A stretch of DNA of 64,000 nt, taken from contig JBBQCS010000005.1 in the NCBI GenBank assembly GCA_038318895.1, positions 14,403-78,402 of the forward strand, in the 5' to 3' direction. The position numbers and the translations under genes were made by a program. This stretch comes from Alphaproteobacteria bacterium (GTDB lineage: Bacteria; Pseudomonadota; Alphaproteobacteria; UBA11222). A model generated the notes under the pieces. The model did not search any database. It saw only the letters and a program-made list of their open reading frames with translations, and had not been told where the DNA came from. The number at the start of each line of letters is the position of its first letter. Positions within the stretch are counted from its first letter, which is position 1. This document shows, one piece after another, positions 59,874-64,000 of the stretch.

Positions 59874-61253
59874 TCAGCGCGCCCCAAGGGTACGTATCCC
59901 ATATGGGCTGAACTTGCGCTGATTCAGCGACACATCGAATTTGACGGGCCGTTGCTGATTGCGCAGACCAACGACATGATACCTCCCGCCGTTGATGTCA
60001 TAGATAATTTCGGAGCCGATGGCGCAGAGCGGCTCATTATAATAATTGAAAATATGCGCTTCCTGTACCCGCGACAGGCTGTCTGTCTGACCGTAAAGAT
60101 CGGCCGCAACCGCCACCCAACTGTCTTCATCAAGATATATCCGCCGCCGGGATGCGAAAACATGCGACATGCCCGGTTTCACCTTGCCCTCAATCACCCA
60201 GACCCGGTGTAATTCATATCGCATGGGATCCTGATTCAGATGATGCTTGTTGAGAATATCCTTGTACTGATATTCGGACGAGGCAAAGCCATTGGTGTTG
60301 TAGGCAATCAGTTTTTCCTGTTTGCCGATCAGTTCCCAGTCATAGCGGTCAGCGGCGCCATTGAAAGTCTGGAAGGTGTCGCTGGCCCGGATGCCTTCAC
60401 TGGAAGGAACAAGATTGTCGTACCCGATGCCCATGGTGCGTTTTACTTTTCGTTCACCCGGCCGGTAGTTCCATACCCGGCGCTCTTCAGCCACCTGATC
60501 CAGCGTATTATTAAACACTGTCATGGCGCCGGAGTTAGAAGGCGGGCTGAGACCCTGTTTAAGGAAATAGTAGCTGATATTTTTCATGTCTTCGGTTGCA
60601 GTCATGGATGGATCGGACCAGCTGTAGATATATTGATCCACAGCCACATCAATGGTGAAATCGCCATTTTGCGTGGGGGCCGCCGAGGCGTTATGGCGCC
60701 ATACTTTAAAACCTCGATAGTTCAGTTCATTGTTCCACAAGACTTCCCGCGCGGATTGCGGAATAGGAAAGGGCGGTCCCATGGTCGCGCCGGTAACCCC
60801 GTTACCATTGTTGACCAACTGGCCCGTGACCGCATTGCGCTTCAACGCCTCATAAACATGGGCAGGCAACGCACAGGAGCGATGCGTCGGATAGACCTTC
60901 ATAAGATAACTGTCGGGATAGGCGCTCACCAGCCCTTTTTGGCCTTCGGTCAACTGGGCGTCATATTGCGCCATATTTGCGGCAGAGACCGTATAGAGCG
61001 GCTGATCCGCAGCAAACGGATCGGGAAGGTGCTTGGAGGGATCAAGGGTGATGCCCGGCGGTGGTGCTGTCAGTCCGCCATCCCAGGCCGGGATCGTTCC
61101 CGCGGCATTGCCTGCTTTTTCCGCGCCTATCGGGGTCAGATCGCCCCCCAGCCGGCTGGCTTCCTCCGGGGATACTGCCGCGATCGCGGTATGAATGCCC
61201 AACAAGAAGCCCAAAGCCGCCGCGCCCATGCCTGTCGCCCAAAACATACGCAT
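59874..61253 (-). CDS. DUF1329 domain-containing periplasmic protein
   Basis: Signal peptide; LTPIGAEKAGNA, YELHRVWVIEG, YLDEDSW. Confidence 0.88.
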   Translation of the reverse strand: MRMFWATGMGAAALGFLLGIHTAIAAVSPEEASRLGGDLTPIGAEKAGNAAGTIPAWDGGLTAPPPGITLDPSKHLPDPFAADQPLYTVSAANMAQYDAQLTEGQKGLVSAYPDSYLMKVYPTHRSCALPAHVYEALKRNAVTGQLVNNGNGVTGATMGPPFPIPQSAREVLWNNELNYRGFKVWRHNASAAPTQNGDFTIDVAVDQYIYSWSDPSMTATEDMKNISYYFLKQGLSPPSNSGAMTVFNNTLDQVAEERRVWNYRPGERKVKRTMGIGYDNLVPSSEGIRASDTFQTFNGAADRYDWELIGKQEKLIAYNTNGFASSEYQYKDILNKHHLNQDPMRYELHRVWVIEGKVKPGMSHVFASRRRIYLDEDSWVAVAADLYGQTDSLSRVQEAHIFNYYNEPLCAIGSEIIYDINGGRYHVVGLRNQQRPVKFDVSLNQRKFSPYGIRTLGAR

Positions 61254-61414
61254 CCCCCGCCCTCACTCTGTTTTTTCTTTTTGATTCATAGAAGCGTTAG
61301 TCTCAACGTATATCCGGCCACAAGATTGCGCAATAGAGGCGCAGCAGTGTAGGACATACCCCTCATATGCGCTAGAATGATCAATTTTCCGGACCGGATA
61401 GACGGGGGACCCAA

Positions 61415-62761
61415 TTGCCAGAGATATTTGACCTGATCCTATCCGGCGCGACCGTTGTCAATCATGACGGGCGCGGCATAGCAGATGTTGGGGTGCGCGA
61501 TGGGCGCACCGCCGCCATTGGCGATCTGGGCCAGGCCAGCGCCGGGCGCACCATTCAGGCAAAAGGTCTGCATTTGCTGCCCGGCGTCATCGACAGTCAG
61601 GTGCATTTCCGCGAGCCCGGCAACGAGCATAAAGAGGATCTGGAAAGCGGCAGTCTGGCAGCGGTTATGGGCGGCGTGACTGCGGTGTTTGAAATGCCAA
61701 ACACCAATCCGGCCACTACCGATGCGGCGGCGCTCGCCGACAAAGTCCGCCGCGCCGTCGGGCGCATGCATTGTGATTTTGCCTTCTATATGGGCGCTGC
61801 GGTGGAAAATGCTTCACACCTGGCCGAACTGGAGCGCCTGCCTGGCTGTGCGGGCGTAAAACTGTTCATGGGCGCATCCACCGGCAGCCTACTGGTTTCC
61901 GAAGACGAGGGCGTACGCCAGGTGCTGCGCCATGGACGGCGCCGCGTGGCCATTCATTCCGAAGATCAGGCGCGCATGGTGGAACGCAAACATCTGGCGC
62001 TTGATGGTAAACCTGAAACCCACGCGGTCTGGCGCGACGCGCAATCCGCGCTGCTATCCACCCAACGCCTGCTGCGTATCGCGCGCGAAGAGCATCGCCG
62101 GGTGCATGTGCTGCATGTCACGACCGCAGAAGAAATCACGCTGCTGGCGGCGCACAAGGATATCGCAACCGTCGAGGTCTTGCCACAGCATCTGACGCTG
62201 GCCGCGCCTGGCGCCTATACCGAATTGGGCACCCGCGCCCAGATGAATCCGCCCATCCGCGACGCCCTGCACCGCGCGGCGCTATGGCAGGGAATTGCAT
62301 CTGGCATTGTCGATGTGCTGGGCTCTGATCATGCGCCGCATACGCGCCAGGAAAAGGGGTTGAGCAGCAGCAGCACGATGCGCTATCCCAATACGCCCTC
62401 CGGCATGCCGGGGGTGCAGACATTGGTGCCGCTGCTGCTGGACCATGTGGCGTCGGGGCGATTGTCGCTGGAACGCTTTGTTGATCTGACGTCCCATGGC
62501 CCCAACCGGATATTCGGCATCGCCAATAAGGGGCGGCTGGCGGTTGGCTATGATGCGGATTATACGCTGGTGGATTTGCGGGCCGAGCGGCTGATCGAGG
62601 ACCACATGATGGCCGGGCGCTGCGACTGGACCCCGTTCCATGGGCGCAAAGTTACCGGCTGGCCCATGGGCACAGTGGTGCGCGGGCAAGTCGTCATGTG
62701 GGAAGGTGCGCTGCAAACCCCCCACATCGGCGCTGCCATTCGCTTTCAGGAATGTCTATAA
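61415..62761 (+). CDS. pyrC: Dihydroorotase (multifunctional complex type)
   Basis: PGVIDSQVHFREPG, EMPNT, HSED, GSDHAPH. Confidence 0.88.
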   Translation: MPEIFDLILSGATVVNHDGRGIADVGVRDGRTAAIGDLGQASAGRTIQAKGLHLLPGVIDSQVHFREPGNEHKEDLESGSLAAVMGGVTAVFEMPNTNPATTDAAALADKVRRAVGRMHCDFAFYMGAAVENASHLAELERLPGCAGVKLFMGASTGSLLVSEDEGVRQVLRHGRRRVAIHSEDQARMVERKHLALDGKPETHAVWRDAQSALLSTQRLLRIAREEHRRVHVLHVTTAEEITLLAAHKDIATVEVLPQHLTLAAPGAYTELGTRAQMNPPIRDALHRAALWQGIASGIVDVLGSDHAPHTRQEKGLSSSSTMRYPNTPSGMPGVQTLVPLLLDHVASGRLSLERFVDLTSHGPNRIFGIANKGRLAVGYDADYTLVDLRAERLIEDHMMAGRCDWTPFHGRKVTGWPMGTVVRGQVVMWEGALQTPHIGAAIRFQECL

Positions 62762-62801
62762 TCGCCGCCATACGGCGCGCAGAATCAATGAGGAAAAACC
62801 A

Positions 62802-63806
62802 ATGAGCAGCAGTTTCAAGGCGATTTATGTCAGCAAGACCGAATCTGGCCAGTCGGTGGAAATCAAAACCCTGACGGACGCCGATTTCCCCGCCAGCGCC
62901 GATGACAACGTTACCGTCGCCGTTGAATATTCCACCGTCAATTATAAGGACGGACTGGCGCTGACCGGTAAATCGCCGATCATCCGGAATTACCCGATGG
63001 CCCCGGGCATTGATCTGGCGGGCACGGTGACGGCGTCAACCGACCCGAAATTCAAGGCGGGCGACAAGGTGCTGGTGAATGGCTATGGGCTGGGGGAAAG
63101 CCACTGGGGCGGCTATGCCCAGCGCCAGCGCCTGCCGGGTAAATTTCTGGTGCCGCTGCCAAAAGCCTTCACCACCGCCCAGGCCATGGCCATTGGCACC
63201 GGCGGCTACACCGCCATGCTATGCGTGCTGGCGCTGGAAAAACAGGGTGTGCGCCCGGATCAGGGTGAAATTCTGGTGACCGGGGCTGCGGGCGGCGTCG
63301 GCAGTGTCGCCATCGCGCTGTTGGCCAAACTGGGCTTTAAGGTCGTGGCGTCCACCGGGCGGCTGGACGAGGCGGCCTATCTGAAAGATCTGGGTGCAAC
63401 CGAGGTCATTGACCGCGCCACCCTGTCCGGCCCCGCCAAGGCGCTGGGCAAGGAACGCTGGGCCGGTGTCGTGGACGCGGTGGGCAGCACGACGCTCGCC
63501 AACGCCATTGCACAGACCAAATATGACGGCGCTGTCGCCGCCTGCGGCCTGGCCCAGGGGGCCGACCTGCCGGTCACCGTCATGCCGTTCATCCTGCGCG
63601 GGGTAAAGCTGATTGGCGTTGATTCCGTGATGGCCCCCATGGCGGCCCGTCTGGAGGCCTGGACCCGTCTGGCGCGCGACCTGGACCCCGCCAAGCTGGC
63701 CCTGATAGGCGCCAGCACCATCGCATTGTCTGCGGTGCCCCAGGCCGCCAGCGATATTCTGGACGGCAAAATCCGCGGCCGGGTAATTGTGGACGTTAAC
63801 GCCTAG
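62802..63806 (+). CDS. YhdH/AcuI-type MDR oxidoreductase (putative acryloyl-CoA reductase)
   Basis: YSTVNYKDGLA, AMAIGTGGYTA, TGAAGGVG, PFILRGV; ATG 62802. Confidence 0.88.
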   Translation: MSSSFKAIYVSKTESGQSVEIKTLTDADFPASADDNVTVAVEYSTVNYKDGLALTGKSPIIRNYPMAPGIDLAGTVTASTDPKFKAGDKVLVNGYGLGESHWGGYAQRQRLPGKFLVPLPKAFTTAQAMAIGTGGYTAMLCVLALEKQGVRPDQGEILVTGAAGGVGSVAIALLAKLGFKVVASTGRLDEAAYLKDLGATEVIDRATLSGPAKALGKERWAGVVDAVGSTTLANAIAQTKYDGAVAACGLAQGADLPVTVMPFILRGVKLIGVDSVMAPMAARLEAWTRLARDLDPAKLALIGASTIALSAVPQAASDILDGKIRGRVIVDVNA

Positions 63807-63822
63807 ATTTGCATGCGGTTTA

Positions 63823-63852
63823 CTTGACAGGGCGCGTTTGGCACTCCTATAT
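63823..63852 (+). promoter_or_regulatory. Sigma70 promoter of the tRNA gene
   Basis: (C)TTGACA-N17-CTATAT, matching the alphaproteobacterial RpoD consensus. Confidence 0.7.
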
Positions 63853-63901
63853 GCCAGCCGCGGCCTATGCCCGCGAATATGGTGTAAAACCGTGCCGGTG
63901 C

Positions 63902-63975
63902 GGCGGAGTAGCTCAGTTGGTTAGAGCAGCGGAATCATAATCCGCGTGTCGGGGGTTCGAGTCCCTCCTCCGCTA
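63902..63975 (+). tRNA. tRNA-Met (CAT), elongator-type; CCA not encoded
   Basis: GGCGGAG/CTCCGCT acceptor stem, TAGCTCAG D arm, GCGGA-ATCATAA-TCCGC anticodon arm, GTTCGAGTCC T arm. Confidence 0.93.
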
Positions 63976-64000
63976 TCGACCTCATCCGCTGGTTGAGCGG

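Noticed and set aside
58534-61352. Long antisense ORFs (401, 339, 370 aa)
   Set aside because: Shadows of smc and the DUF1329 gene
63839-63854. Sigma54-like TGGCAC...GC upstream of the tRNA
   Set aside because: GG-to-GC spacing is 11 rather than the required 10; a sigma70 promoter explains the site

Overview
GC-rich alphaproteobacterial chromosomal window. The taxon call rests on the ccrM, rnhB-ccrM-mutY-dciA-dsbA-smc, pepB-marR-nlpC and tRNA-Met signatures. About 60 intact CDSs and one tRNA-Met; no CRISPR array, rRNA, prophage or transposase seen. Core genes are interleaved with an expanded catabolic set: an HsaA-like monooxygenase, two luciferase-like monooxygenases, an SDR, a metallo-lactonase, an AurF-like diiron protein, five amidohydrolase-superfamily enzymes and two P450s. 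Envelope loci include a DUF560/Slam-like barrel divergent from a FecR-proline linker-YfaP-like protein, two PEP-CTERM proteins, an MscS-like/CBS/MgtE operon and a DUF1329 protein. The best unexplained signals are the Slam-FecR pair, a 19-bp promoter/operator shared by three amidohydrolase paralogs, a frameshifted duplicate PEP-CTERM leader with perfect CtrA and CRP-type boxes upstream, the MgtE operon with a soluble MgtE-like partner, and a recurrent C-terminal -AAE tail on five metalloenzymes. Family calls come from motif recognition by eye; no database searches were run.
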